NCBI GenBank assembly: GCA_964199315.1
Contig: OZ116701.1
Location: 14,446,001 to 14,510,000 of the forward strand
DNA: 64,000 bases
Direction: 5' to 3'
DNA from: Orbicella franksi
Taxonomy: Eukaryota
The notes under the pieces were generated by a model. That model saw only the letters and a program-made list of their open reading frames with translations. It had not been told where the DNA came from and ran no database searches. Within the stretch, counting starts at the first letter, position 1, and each line of letters opens with the position of its first letter. A program made the translations under genes and the position numbers. Below are positions 12,955-24,800 of the stretch, in pieces.

Positions 12955-13537
12955 TATTATTATCAACTTGTGGGCTAAATGACCGGTAACCATGAGGGGC
13001 TGACGCTCGAAACGTCGGCGTCACAAACTCACTATGGCAGTTAATTCACCTTTGTCAACTTCAAGTTGAGAAACAACTTAGTGGTTCGTTTAAACTTTAA
13101 AGTCATTTAAATTTGGCAAACTATAATGCGAACTTCAGCGCCTAAAGAAGAACACAGCTAGTATTGTTTTAACGGTAAATAGTCGTTTAGCCTACGAGTT
13201 GTTTTGGAGGAGAATTTACATTTTGAGCTAGAGACTGAATGTGCTAAATGAATAGTATAATTTTCTTTAACAATGTTGCTAGGGCCTGCACAACTTTTAT
13301 TAAAATATTCTTTTTACCTCTTTTGCCTCCGCAGATGAGAATATGAGTATCACGCCTGGTCAAGCAATGTTCTGTTTCTTTCTTATCACTGTCGCAGTAG
13401 CTGTTGGCGTGACATTATTTTGCTGTCACGTCAGTGGTAAAGATCCTGTCTCCACCTTCAACTACATCGTGACGCGACTTAAGTTTTACTATTTTTACTA
13501 TTTCAGAAGAGCTCCTGGAGGGAACAGATACTTCTGA
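2915..13537 (+). CDS. CNST: Consortin-like protein (acidic N-terminus, TPR-like helices, C-terminal transmembrane anchor), 11 coding exons, about 394 aa
   Basis: Exons 2915-3141, 4521-4527, 5139-5240, 5860-5890, 6322-6420, 7890-7945, 8261-8355, 8934-8964, 9492-9600, 10733-10957 and 13335-13537 (1185 nt, all GT-AG, phase-consistent). Spliced LPECLHNIAEIYSQLGDYENAVSFAQAEKLYYETSL parallels the remembered vertebrate consortin segment LPxCLHQIAESYFxEEDYEKAMKFIQLERLYHEQLL. The last exon has a hydrophobic helix followed by ...KFYY, as at the consortin C-terminus. The symbol means homologue-like, not proven orthology. Confidence 0.8.
5401..5585. mobile_element. Short MITE-like palindromic element
   Basis: Perfect 19-bp inverted repeat GACTGGAACTAGCTTGCAA (5434-5452 / 5538-5556) inside weaker terminal inverted ends. 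Confidence 0.6.
6818..7435. mobile_element. Non-autonomous TIR element (about 620 bp)
   Basis: Termini TAGCCTGCAAGTAGGCTCTC (6818-6837) and GAGAGCCTGCTTGCAGGCTG (7416-7435) are reverse complements with 2 mismatches. Confidence 0.6.
9175..9239. repeat. Perfect 25-bp inverted repeat (collapsed palindromic element)
   Basis: AAATTAAAGCCTGAAAAAAATTCAG (9175-9199) is the exact reverse complement of 9215-9239. Confidence 0.9.
10082..10297. repeat. 18-bp minisatellite, about 10-12 copies (consensus CTAATAAGCGTCCCGTCC)
   Basis: Ten clear units at 10118-10297 plus two degenerate units upstream. It lies next to a TACGGTA MITE-type terminus at 10363-10369. Confidence 0.9.
11303..11627. mobile_element. 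MITE with G-rich/C-rich TIRs
   Basis: Left GGGGGTAAACTCCCATGTAAAAATGACGGGAGTGCTC and right GAGCACCCTGTCCTTTTTATATGGGAGTCCCCCCGGG are imperfect reverse complements. Confidence 0.7.
11740..11940 (+). mobile_element. Probable 3' end of a CR1/L2-type LINE with AATAAA and an (ATT)n tail
   Basis: ...CTCTGTATTTGAATAAAGT is followed directly by about 20 ATT units. The family assignment is an inference from this tail architecture. Confidence 0.4.
11941..12247 (-). mobile_element. Non-coding 307-bp retroelement-like segment bounded on both sides by (TAA)n
   Basis: GC-richer than its flanks, sharp junctions with TAA runs, contains the stem TGACAC/GTGTCA, no coding similarity recognised. Confidence 0.45.
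12248..12314. repeat. (TAA/ATT)n microsatellite, tail of the RLE LINE
   Basis: About 22 perfect ATT units. Confidence 0.97.
12315..12885 (-). mobile_element. 5'-truncated restriction-like-endonuclease (RLE) non-LTR retrotransposon, R4/Dong/NeSL-like
   Basis: Minus frame reads YTHRHDKAAAYIHW...TILWDMSIHTDRKITANRPDIVIKDHKTKTCKFIDMAVPSD...EKLSKYKDL...IPVIIGALG...LLGTAHILRRVL* (RHD, PD..D and K..KY..L motifs of the RLE domain), followed by a short 3' UTR and a (TAA)n tail. Confidence 0.9.
12886..12963. repeat. (TAA/ATT)n microsatellite
   Basis: About 25 ATT units with one interruption. Confidence 0.97.
12989..13070 (+). mobile_element. Penelope-like terminal remnant with a decayed hammerhead core
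   Basis: ACCATGA-GGGGC-TGAC-GCTC-GAAA-CG-TC: stem II, GAAA and palindromic stem III are intact, but CUGANGA is replaced by ACCATGA. Confidence 0.55.
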
Positions 13538-14887
13538 TACCTTGGACTCTAGTATTCAGTTTTCAGAATTTTGTCTAGTTTTTAACATTATTGCATGTTA
13601 TTTTATGGTGTAAATTTGACCGCGAAGCACTGTGGTTTGAAGTGAATGCAGTGCCCTGATAAGTTGTTTTAACTTGTGTAAAGAGATAGAAAAGGCTCCC
13701 GATGTGGCGAAAGTCAGCGACATTCCCAGAAAAATTCAATTTTCTTTTTTGTTAATAAACGCCGTTTACTAACTAGAAGCAATGGTACCTGGGAATAGAT
13801 ACATGAAAAACCTTTACAATATGACTGAGAAAATTACTGCATTGTGATTGGCTGAGAACAGGCCAATTTTTAATTTGCACTGCAAAGTAAAATAACGCGC
13901 GCTGTTTCGTAACTTGCTCAGTCATATAACAAATGAGTAATCGTACAAAAGCTCGTGCAATTAAGGATTTGAACTACTCGTGATATTAAAAAGTTATTTG
14001 AAATTACATTTGCCTAAAGACTAGTGCAGTTTTCAGAGAGTTTTCAATATCACGCGAAGTCTAAATCGTCAATTCCACTCGCATTCTTTCATTTACCTAT
14101 ACTTATTTTCAATGAAATATCATACTTTGTAAAATTTCACACCGTAAAAACTGCAATCTTTTAACTTTAAAAAATGTACATTTTAGATATTTAATAGCAC
14201 TGTAAATGATGCAGTAGCAAGGAAGTAAATAAAGTAAAGGACATGCGTGTGTTTTGGTTGTTAATAACTGCCACGGGAGTGCGTCTACTGACCTATATGT
14301 GGTCGTCCTCATAGGATACTTGAGGGCCGACAGTCTTCTGGCCAATTCAACTGGCCAAGTCGGACTACGAATAGCCTCATTTTTAGCGTGACGAGAAAGA
14401 GAGCTCGAGAGTAGGAAAAGCTTCGCAAAATCTGGGGCCCTGTCATCACTGCTAGAATTTTTAACCCGAGTAGAAAAGGGTTACCTGACAAGAGCGTCAG
14501 TACCATGTTCCAGGCGTTCGTTTAGTTGAGAACAATGAGAAAAGCGTTGAGAGAAAAATGGGGAAGGGTGTGGTACTCTCCTATCTACTGTTACTCTCGT
14601 CTTTTATTGTGTTGGTCCCTGAACGGCTGCAACAGGAAACTGTTTTCGTCTAAATCCTCTCAGAGGATTTGCTGAAAAAGGGTCACCCGTTTTACAGATT
14701 CAACTCATCCTGGGTCGTGCAACGGCTGGAGACTTGAACAGGGTATGTGTGCAGTCCGAGCAAAAGCTAAAATTTGCTATAAAGAACAAAGCTTCAAAGA
14801 GACAGTATTCTTGGAGGAAGAATCTACGAAGCACAATGAAACGAGCAACAATGAACTATCTTTTATCCGAGAATGAGAATTTATTTA

Positions 14888-15341
14888 CAGTCGAACCTCT
14901 CTGTACGGACACCTCTATAAAACGGACAGTTTCCTATGTACCGACAAAATTCTCATACATTTCCTCTAAAAAAAAAAAAAAACTCTTTAATGTGGATCCT
15001 CTCCAAAACGGACAACGAACACTAAATCTCGGTCCTAGGGAGCAAATTCATACAAATTTAACCTCTCTATTTCGGACACTCGGGGACCAGGTGTCGATAA
15101 TTTGCGGTATGTACCATATCCTGTCGACGGTTACACAAACATTGCCACTTTATCGTCCAGATCAGCGACACCAATGCCAGAACAGGTCAAAATGTTAGTT
15201 TGCAAAACTTGCATTTACAAATGCAAATACAATACAGACTTAAAAGTTGCGCCATCATGGTGACCTCTTCAATACGGACACCTCTCTAATACGGACACTT
15301 CGTTCTGCGCCTTCGGTGTCTGTATTAGAGAGGTTCGACTC
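14888..15341. mobile_element. Tc1/mariner/pogo-type MITE with TA target-site duplication
   Basis: TA-CAGTCGAACCTCTC at the left end and GAGAGGTTCGACTC-TA at the right end; internal ACGGACACCTCT repeats. Confidence 0.8.
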
Positions 15342-15840
15342 TAGACTCGGTATTTCTAAATAATTCTGCTCTCCATCGATACCTTTGGTTTTAAAAAACT
15401 AAATGCTACGCAAATTGACCGTTGTAAACTATTACCAGGACGCCAAAGTAAGTTAGCTTAAGTTAAAATACGTGATTTGTGAAATAATGTAAAACATACA
15501 CATGATTCGTAATCTGAAGGAAACTAGGCTCGTGGTTCGTGACCGGACACCCCCTGCCCTTTAGCACCCCGTTGTACTACGCCCCGTAATATTAGTTGTA
15601 CTAGGTTGCTGTAGTAGATTACTGGTAAAATTGTCGATCTCTCGTGATCTCTGGAATGGAGTATCTTTTTGCTTTGTTTATGGCAGAGTCGGACGTCAAA
15701 AGCATTCCTACCCTGTGCGTTCAAGCCTTCAGGGTAAGAGTTTGGGTCTGCGTAAAGGCTATAACTTTGCACGCCAAACGGACCTAGGGAAGGCTTGGTG
15801 GCTTTGTAGCAGGCCTGGCCCCTCAGTCATTCCCGAAACC

Positions 15841-15885
15841 ATGTCGAAGCACAAATATGGCGGCCGAGGAGGAGTGGTATTTTGA
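15841..15885 (+). promoter_or_regulatory. Candidate overlapping upstream ORF ([14 protein letters not shown]) spanning the BIRC6 start codon
   Basis: An ATG in AAACCATG context lies 16 nt upstream of, and out of frame with, the BIRC6 ATG at 15857. Functional only if the transcription start is upstream of 15841. Confidence 0.35.
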
Positions 15886-18800
15886 GGAGGAAGGGTGCCT
15901 TCAGTTCAGTGGCCGTCCAATCTCAGTTACATTTTCCCCAGCGTCAAACTGCTTCATCTGTACGCTCGAGGATGGGACGATTGAGGTTGTGGATGCGCGT
16001 TCCAGTTTGCGTTTGAAGCGAACATCGACAGCAGGTCTGTTTAATGAGATGAAGCATGTGATTTTGATGTGAAAACGATTTATAAGATTGCCCGTTCCCT
16101 TTTTTGCCTCTACTGTTTGAGCAAATTACCTAAGAATTAACTGCTCAAAATGCTGACAAGTCATCTTTGCGCGAGGTTTTAATAATTAACATAATTCTTA
16201 TTGTTGTACAGTAATATATCTTAAGCCTACCTATGGTTCCACAAAGCGAAATCGATCTTGTTCAATACGTGTAGCCAGCCGTTCAGAATCTTCAGAGTGA
16301 ACCAGACTTGAACAACTTCGCTGTAATCACTGTCTGTAAGCTACGAAAAGTCGTTGAATTTATGCTAGCATTCTTGAAATTCACTTTTCAATTTAGTCAC
16401 GTTAAGATTATATAATACCTTACGTCAATATTTTTGCATAGGGTTAGTCCCAACTGCAAAGATTGAGTTGAACTGTGAGAAACATATGTCAGGGTGCAAA
16501 GAGAACCAATTTTGAGCTTGCCCAAAAGGCAAGCTGTAGCTATGATGTAACAGCCCGAAAGTCATTCTCACTGTCTCCACAAAATTTCATGTCTTGCAGT
16601 TTTTCAGTAATTTGAATTTCCTCACAAATTTTCCCAAGAAACTTCACTTGCCCATTGGTCAAGTGAAGGACAGAATCCACTAGGTTGACTGCAAAATCCA
16701 CTAGTGGTCACTTTTCCTAGGCTATTGGGCATGACTTTTTTTGTAAACTGATAATGTGGAAAAGTGGAGGTATTGCATTGTGACATGGTGAACTGTGGGG
16801 GCAACTTGCACTGTTTACAAGGCTCTTTATAATTGCCAAACAAGACATTAGATAAAGAACACAAACAATGCCCCTAGATCTAAGAACAAAAGAGGTACAA
16901 ATAATTATTAACAGGAATGAATCAAAACAGAGGTCTTAAACAGTGCAGGTCAACTGAAACTGTGAACATTCACCACTGATGCTGAGTCATAATTAGCAAT
17001 TTTAATCCATAATCTGTAAAATGGCAAAATCATGCGCACAGGCTTAGAATATAAGATTATGTTTATGACTTATGGCATGACATGCAACATATTAGGTGAA
17101 AAAAAAAGTAGAGTTTCTTTGCTAATGATTCCCAAGTATTACTTCACATGATATCTGTAATATATGTAATATAATTAGTGGAGTCCATTTTTTCTGTCTA
17201 CTTAGAGAACACAGGGCCTCTGCAGTGCAGATTTTGTCCTGAAGTGGAGAAGCTGTTCATTACAAATGGATATGTCTCTGGGTTACGGAAGGATCTCAAT
17301 GGTGTGTTGCTGCTGGACAGCATCTTACAACCTCCTCTTAAAGGTCCCTGCTTGGATCCAGTTGTGTTGGAGCTAACCCTCTCAGATGTAAGTGTTAAAC
17401 TCTATAACAATCACAAGGTCCTATTTTCCAGTTGGGGAATCAGAAATGCTGACAACAATGACAGTGATGTTGCTGATGACTGCATTGGCAGCGGCAGTGG
17501 TGCTGGTGGTGACAATGAAGACAACAATGACATATCAATCATTTCTTTTGATTATAGTTCTCAACAGAGTTTGGAGCAAAAGAAGGCTTCTGAAAAGTTT
17601 AGTTATTAGATGTTTGGCCGGGAAGGGACTCAACAAAGTTTTATACAGGGAGGCTTCACCCGAAGTCCAACCCCTTACACTTTTGTATACCATTTTGACA
17701 TGAAAGGTGCCTCTTTCATATACCTTTCATTGAAAAAGTTATCCGTTTCACATATGTACTTAAGAATATCGCGTCTCTTTTCTAAACCCTTGAAATGAAG
17801 TTAATGATGTAAAGCTTAATAAATTAGATGATACAGCTTTAAGGTGGGTCTGTGCGAAATATTTTAATTAGAGTCCCTTTCAAATACCTAAATGACAGAT
17901 TTCCCTACCTTTTCATATACTTCAACTTATGAAATCCCTACCCTTTTATATACCTGAAGCCTGAAAAAGGTACCCCTTTCGGGCAGAGCTTCCCCCTGTA
18001 GGCCATTATGGCAAGTACCCCTCTCCCATGGGTGTTTGACTTTATAAGGCTTACATTGTAGTTTTGAAAAGTGTAATTGTGTCAAGAACATGATCAGTGG
18101 CAGTAAAATCACAAAAAATTATTAATAGTACATTCCTCAGCTTATTCAGATTAGTTATTTTTACAGCGACATCCTTTTCTTATATATTGTTGTACCTATG
18201 TGTAAAGAAATTCTCTGTTAGTATCTAATACTGGTTGAACAAGCTTTTCCAACTGGAAGAAACATATAGATGCATTTTTAATGAAATAATGGTGAATTGC
18301 TCATGCCATGCACACAAAGCTAAAAAGTAAAGCTATATTGGCAATTAAGGTGGCCTCTGCTAAAAGCCTAGTGGTTTTTGGAGGTCCCAGTTACCCTATC
18401 TAATTTGTTGCACTTGTATGTATTTTTTTTTTATTGTGGAAAATAAATGATAATGATAGAGACTGTGTAACTTTTTAGGTATAGTTTCCAAAAAACTGTG
18501 GAAACACTCACCTGTGGGCTTGTGTTCCCACAGCATCTCTCATTCTCCCAAACTTCCATGTGTGTTTGTGTAACTTGAGAGAAACATGGTACATGTTTAA
18601 GCTGGTTAGGATTTTGCCTGGCTAATTACAGTACATCTGTTCTGTCTTATGTTTTCAGGCTCTCCAGTTGTTATCAGCTATGGAGATGTGTATCTCTGCT
18701 GCAGAAGATGACGTTAGGATGAAATGTATGAAGGTTGTACATTCAATGTTAAAGGAAGAAGTGGATAAGGCTCAGTCACTGTCAAGTTCCAGCCATGACA

Positions 18801-21800
18801 AAGCAATCAAGGTAATTATACATTGTCTCTGCAGGGTGCAGAGAAAATCAGCATTACAGCTTGCTTATCACCAGCAAACTTTTACTAGTCTGAAAAAAAT
18901 TCTCATCAGCATGATTAATTAGAACTTTATAGATTAAAATTAAAACAATAATTTGATCTCTTATGGTGGTTCTGGAACTTGAAGTTTTGCTCAAATAACT
19001 TCACTTGCTCATAAGGGAACTGACCCAACCAGCTTCTAAATTCTCCCTGCACTGAACACCAAATTGTCTTTTTGTATGGGAGGCGTGGTGGCCTCATAGC
19101 TTGTATGCTCATCTCCTGATTAAGCGGCCCGGATTCCAGCCCTGGCCAGGGACATTGTGTTGTGCTTTTGGGCAAGACACTTTACAGGGCTCGAAATTGT
19201 GACTCACTGGTCGCCAATGCAACCAAAAATTGAGCGCTGGCAACTAAATTTTCAGAACTGGTCGGCAGCTGATGACTCGCGTTTTGTCCGATAACTAAAG
19301 AAGACCACGACACAACTTTTGTTTTTAAATCTTTATATTAGGAAATCAATCGGATATGGTAGCTAGTATACAGCTCACCTTTCCATCCCCAGTAAAATAA
19401 TGTCTGAATATTACAAGATAATTCAAAAAAATTGAATGTATTTCAACACGTTGATACTGGGTTCACAGCGCGCCATATCGTTTCAGCGGCTTCTTCCAAA
19501 ACTGGGATCGCAGGCACACTTCAAAACCATGTGCTTTTCATTTGCCACGAAAATGGTGGCAGATACCAATCAGTTGAAGGAATTATGTGAGTTTTTACGT
19601 GTGGGGAATGAAGATTCAGCCAAAAGGTTAATCCAAACTTTGAATCCTTCATCAGTTGTTGAATAAAATACACAAATGCGCAAGGACCCAAGGTTGTCTC
19701 ACAATGAAAACCACAGACTTAAAACGTTTTATGCTTCCCTTCATTGAAAATGACTATGGAGACAACCATCATCTTCGCACCAGAGACACATCACCTGAGA
19801 ACAACAGTAGCTTTATAACTAAGTGTTACTCGTGTTGTTTCTAATTGTTTTTGCTCTTCAATTGTGACTTTTCTTGCATGCTAAGTAACGTATAAAATCA
19901 TGTTCTTGTGTGAGTTGTATATAAAATAAGTTGGCGACCAAACTTTACGATCTGGCAACCAGAATTTTTCTGTTACTCGCCAGCTGGCTCCCGAACAAAA
20001 AAGTTAATCTCGAGTCCTGCTTTAGTCCCTTAGTGCCTCTCTCCACCCAGGTGTATAAATGGGCACCGGTGAATCTAGTGCTGAGGTTGTAACCCTGCGA
20101 TGGACTAACAGTCTATCCAGGAGGGGAGTAGAAATAACCCTACACCTGTAGTCGCTTCATGCTACAGAAACCGGGATAGGCTCCGGCCTGATGGGCCATG
20201 TGGCTCGTATGCAGACTTTACCCTTACGTACTAATTTTTACATGTTTTCCTTCAAAGTGGTGTACCTGCCAGTTAAAGTATGCTTGCAGTGCACTGGATG
20301 CAGCCTTTGCCGATCTGATTACTTACCTTCAGAGAAGTTGTAAGAATCATGCAGCCCTCCCGGTGGTTTCAGCCGTGCAGTCCAGGACAATGTACCTGCT
20401 TGAAGTAGTCACAACTGACAATAAACCTAGTTTACCTGGAAATAAATCTCCAATGTTTATGGAAGCAGTCAGAAGAAAGACATTTTCGTCGTGGCCGCAC
20501 AAAGAATACAGGTATAGGGCTGTCATTAAGTTTTAAGTCATATGTTGCTGTGATCTTCACACCCATAACAAACTTATCACTTTGTGGGCGAATGGTATCA
20601 TCAAAAGACAAGTTCACTCATAACATCAAGTGTCATCAAGTATACTCAGGCGGTACAGGTGTTATGGTTTGTGGCCCTTAGTTACACCCCCAAGGTACTG
20701 TATATTATGCCATGGATGGGTCATAAAATTGATTTTGAGTCACAATTTAAATATTGATAACAATATTTATAAAATTTGAATTATTGTTCAGTAAAAATGA
20801 GTATTACTTTGACCCGCCTGAAGTCCAAGAAAAAACATTAATTCATAATCAGTTTGCCCTGTGAACCATATTTAATGGAAGTTATGTTTTGTTTAAGGTG
20901 GGCATATCCAGAAGCTATGGCCAAAGCTGGCTTTTATCACCAAGTGAGTTTGAGATGTCACTGGACACCCACTATATGGACACCCACTTGATATAAACAG
21001 TTTTGTTTTCCTCTGAAAAAAAAAAGCTCATATATTTTGTCTTACATTAACCCACCTAATACAGACACTGGTAGTATGGACACTTGATATAAACATTTTC
21101 ATTTCCTCAACAAAAAGCTCAATATTTTGTCTTACATTAGCCTGTTTAATACAGACACTGAAATATGGATAAAGGATGCTTTACTCTGGCCTAAGTGACA
21201 TGATCCTTACAAGGTCAACCTTGCTTATTGGATCTGATTATCTAACCACTGTAAATTTTGATTTTGCACAATTATGTGCCAATTGTATCTTTTACGAAAA
21301 TGAAAGCTTTCTACTGCCCTTTTGCTTTTCTGATTTGTCCAAAGAATAATTTCCTAACTTTGTGTTATTTTAGAGAGACGTTTCGTTTGCCTAGGCTAAC
21401 TCTTTTAAAAGGGTGAACTGAATATATGTTGTAGTTAATTATTGATTTCAGTTAATTTTTGATATCAACTATACAGTCAACTCACTATTTTGAACCCTCT
21501 GGGGAACAAAAAATAGTTCGAAATAGCGGGAGTTTGAAAAATAGCTGACAATAAATGACTGAAAGTCAGATCCATGGGAAATAGTTTTGAGATGGTTTTG
21601 GAATTTGAAATAACCAAGTACAAATTAGCAGGGTCCAACTGTCAGTTGTTCCTTTTTCTTGAGTTAGTTAACTGTTCTTAAAACTAACTCCAAAAAAATG
21701 AACCACATATAGCTGAAATCAAAAATTTTCTACTGTAGATCGTACAATTTCTAGCAATAGATTTGGATTTATTTAGTTACATGTACTCTTAGTTGCTTCT

Positions 21801-24800
21801 CTGCCCTATTATGTTACTATTTTGGGTCTTTTTCTCTTTCAGCCTAGTAATCGTGGAGATGACCGAGCTCTCTGTTTTACTTGCAATGTGTGTCTAGTGT
21901 GTTGGGAACCAACTGATGAACCCTGGTGAGTAAAGACAGCAGATTCAGGTTGGGCATTTATCACGCTCAGCTATTGCATTTGCTGTAATGATTGATTGTG
22001 TTACAATACAAAATGTCAGACATTGCTAGGTGGAAATAACAACATTCTATCCAGAAAAAAGCAGGTTTTGGTTAGTAGGTCACCTCCTCATTCAATAAGT
22101 TTGTCAATAATTGTACAATATACATGTACTATAAATCCTCCAATTAGCACTCGGGCGCTTATTTCATATTTAGGAGAAGACTGGGATGCTTATTCAAGGG
22201 GCACACTTAATTGAGGGGGGGTGCTTATTTGATTTTTCCCAAATCGTAGCCTGACATGATCATTTTTTTAATGCATCATCTGCGTGTAAACAACAGCATA
22301 AGATGTTTATTGACATAAAAACCTGATCCTAAAGTTTAAATCGCAGCACCGTTAGCATTTGTAATTTTTTTCCAAACTTAACATGTTCACAAACTGAAAC
22401 AATGCACAAATCTAATACTACACAATGAAAACTATACATCCTCTGTTGTCTCATTACTTGTCAAATGGGGGGAGGGGAGGGAGTGCTTATTCGAGGGAGG
22501 CGCTTATTTTAAATTTTGGCTGATCAGAGGAGCGTTTATTCAAAGGGAGCACTTATGCAAGGGGGGGCGCTAATTCAAGCATATACATTATGTGTTATTA
22601 ACAAAATATAATGAAGCTCCTGGCTGATAGAAACAACCACATTATTTTTTAAGTTTGGCAGTTGTAACAGACTTGTCATTCTGTCTGTCAGGTCAGAGCA
22701 TGAGCGCCATTGTCCAGACTGTTCATTTGTGAGAGGAGACCACACTAAAAATGTTCCTATGTCAGGTGGGTGAAGTCCATCATAGCTCTCTGGGAACAAT
22801 CATAAGTGTATGTAAGGGACTCAGCGAGTGCTATTGGAAACCCACAAATCTGATCGATTCTCCCAAAATTTTATATTCACTGACTGAACATGATTGCAAC
22901 CTGGCTACTCTTGAAAGGACAGATTATTCTCTAGTTTTGGCTTAATAATAGATAAAATTGTGGCCTTTGAACTGGAATCTAATGAGTTTCATTACAAAGC
23001 AAAAAGAAATAGGCTACTCACCCTTGTCTCCTTTGAGTGATTGTCAACTCAGTTCTGTCATTGGCCATTCACTCACTAGAAACTTGGGGGCAGGGCTAAA
23101 ACTTGGACGACTAAAAATTTAGGTTTAATTGCCCAATACGCAACTACAATACGAAATGTTTCAGTGCGATTTATTAGAAAATACAAAATTAAAATAATTA
23201 AAAAATAAAATAACCAGTAATTTAATCGGACTTTGTCTTTTTTCTTCCCCTTAACTCTAATTTCACCAACATCAGTAAATGTGTGGTTCTTTAACTGCAA
23301 AATTCCACGGGAACTGAATCCATAATGAGATGTTATTTTGATATCTCTGTCGCCATGTGACTCCAGACTCACCCAAAGTAATTTGCTGTCTGTTCTGTGT
23401 CATCACACATGCTTGTGCTTAATACACAACAATGGTTGACACAATGTTGAATCCCTCACTGGTTGAGCAGTTGTCGACCAAAAAACTGAGGAATAAGAAA
23501 GATGCTCAGGACGCTAACAAAAGCTGTACAGCATTGACAAAAACTCCTGAATGTGTCAAAATAGTTGGACAAAAGAGAGGCTGTGGCTGGTGTTTCATGT
23601 AACTACAGCTGCAGAAAATCCAGGGCCACTTTATATGGTTCTGGGCAACTGAGAAATCAAGGAGTTTGGCCCGGCTTGCTGGCACTGAAGTTGGTTTGTC
23701 TCTGGCAGTATATGCACAAATCTATTTGGCTTTAATTTTTTTTTTATGTAAGATTTATTCTATACTAGATTCTTGAATAGTGTTGGTCTTTTTACATAAA
23801 AGGTCACAATCCTTAACTCACAGTTAAGGCTTTCAAAAATCAATTTTCTTTCTTCCATGTGGCCTGGTTGAAGATGTACATGTATGCCATGCAGCAATTT
23901 CTGATTCTGTCTCCTGCCATTGTTTTTTTAGTGTCACTAGCTACTGCTCCAGCTTGTGCTCATGAATCAACTCATGTTAAAGTAAGTTGGTCAAGCCATG
24001 TTAGTAATGGTACACTGTGTTGGGCTTTCACTCTAACTATATTCTTGGAATCATGTATTTTGTCTTGTTATGCTGTGCATCCCTCCACAAATTATACACT
24101 CATTGTAATTGCTCTGATATTTTTACCAAATTATTTGCTTTCATATTTGGTGGCGTTTGGTGGTATATTACGAAAATGGAGGAAAAATTCAATGATCAGC
24201 TATGACAGTGTCCCTTTTAAAATTCATACTGTCCTGGAATAGCTCCATCTCATTTTGAGCAACTGGTATCCAATCCTATCCCACCCCAAGACTGGGAATT
24301 TCTTGCATGTTCAATACCTGTGAGACTCTGGTGTCTTGCTACCGTGTCTGTACAAACTTTAGTTGTCACTCTCACTCCATGAAGATTACTGGTAAGGTTG
24401 CGTTCAATACCTGTACATGCATATGCAATGAGTTCTTTTCAAGGGACAAGGAAGTACTTGAGCTTAGAATATTGGATTGCACAAATACCTTGCTTTTCGT
24501 TGGTGCAGGTCATCAGCGAGAGCTCTTGTTCCCACTATATTGCAACGTGTAGTGAAGATGGACATGTCATCATCTGGAACATCCAAGATGAGCTTAAGGT
24601 TGGCAACCATTTATTTGCATCCTGAATAAACCTTCATTGTATAAACCTCATAACTGTATTGTGAAGTATTGCATAACTAACACGTGATTTAAACTATTTC
24701 CTGTATGAATTTTGACAATTTTGGGGGGCTTTAACCTTGCGCTTAACTTATTACTAACTTAAGACAGTCTTAAATCCTTTGTAAGTTTTAAATATGGCCC

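Larger units (their letters stand above)
20453..22723 (+). other. BIRC6: BIR zinc-finger domain of BIRC6 (spliced over exons 4-7)
   Basis: [10 protein letters not shown]...[10 protein letters not shown]...[33 protein letters not shown], with the CX2CX16HX6C ligand spacing. Confidence 0.95.

Noticed and set aside
12145-13024. ORFs with poly-Tyr and poly-Asn tracts
   Set aside because: They are translations of (TAT/AAT)n microsatellites.
14109-15800. Possible small minus-strand gene divergent from BIRC6 (open stretches near 14109-14463 and 15524-15830)
   Set aside because: No start/splice combination gave a coherent model and no family was recognised; a MITE occupies the middle. A lncRNA cannot be excluded.
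20960-21180. Tandem duplication of about 75-100 bp in BIRC6 intron 5
   Set aside because: It resembles the internal repeats of the 14888-15341 MITE family; ordinary decay.
23380-23700. Extra BIRC6 exon in intron 7
   Set aside because: Exons 7 and 8 already join in frame and match the conserved NVPxS-VxLAT; no good splice pair here.
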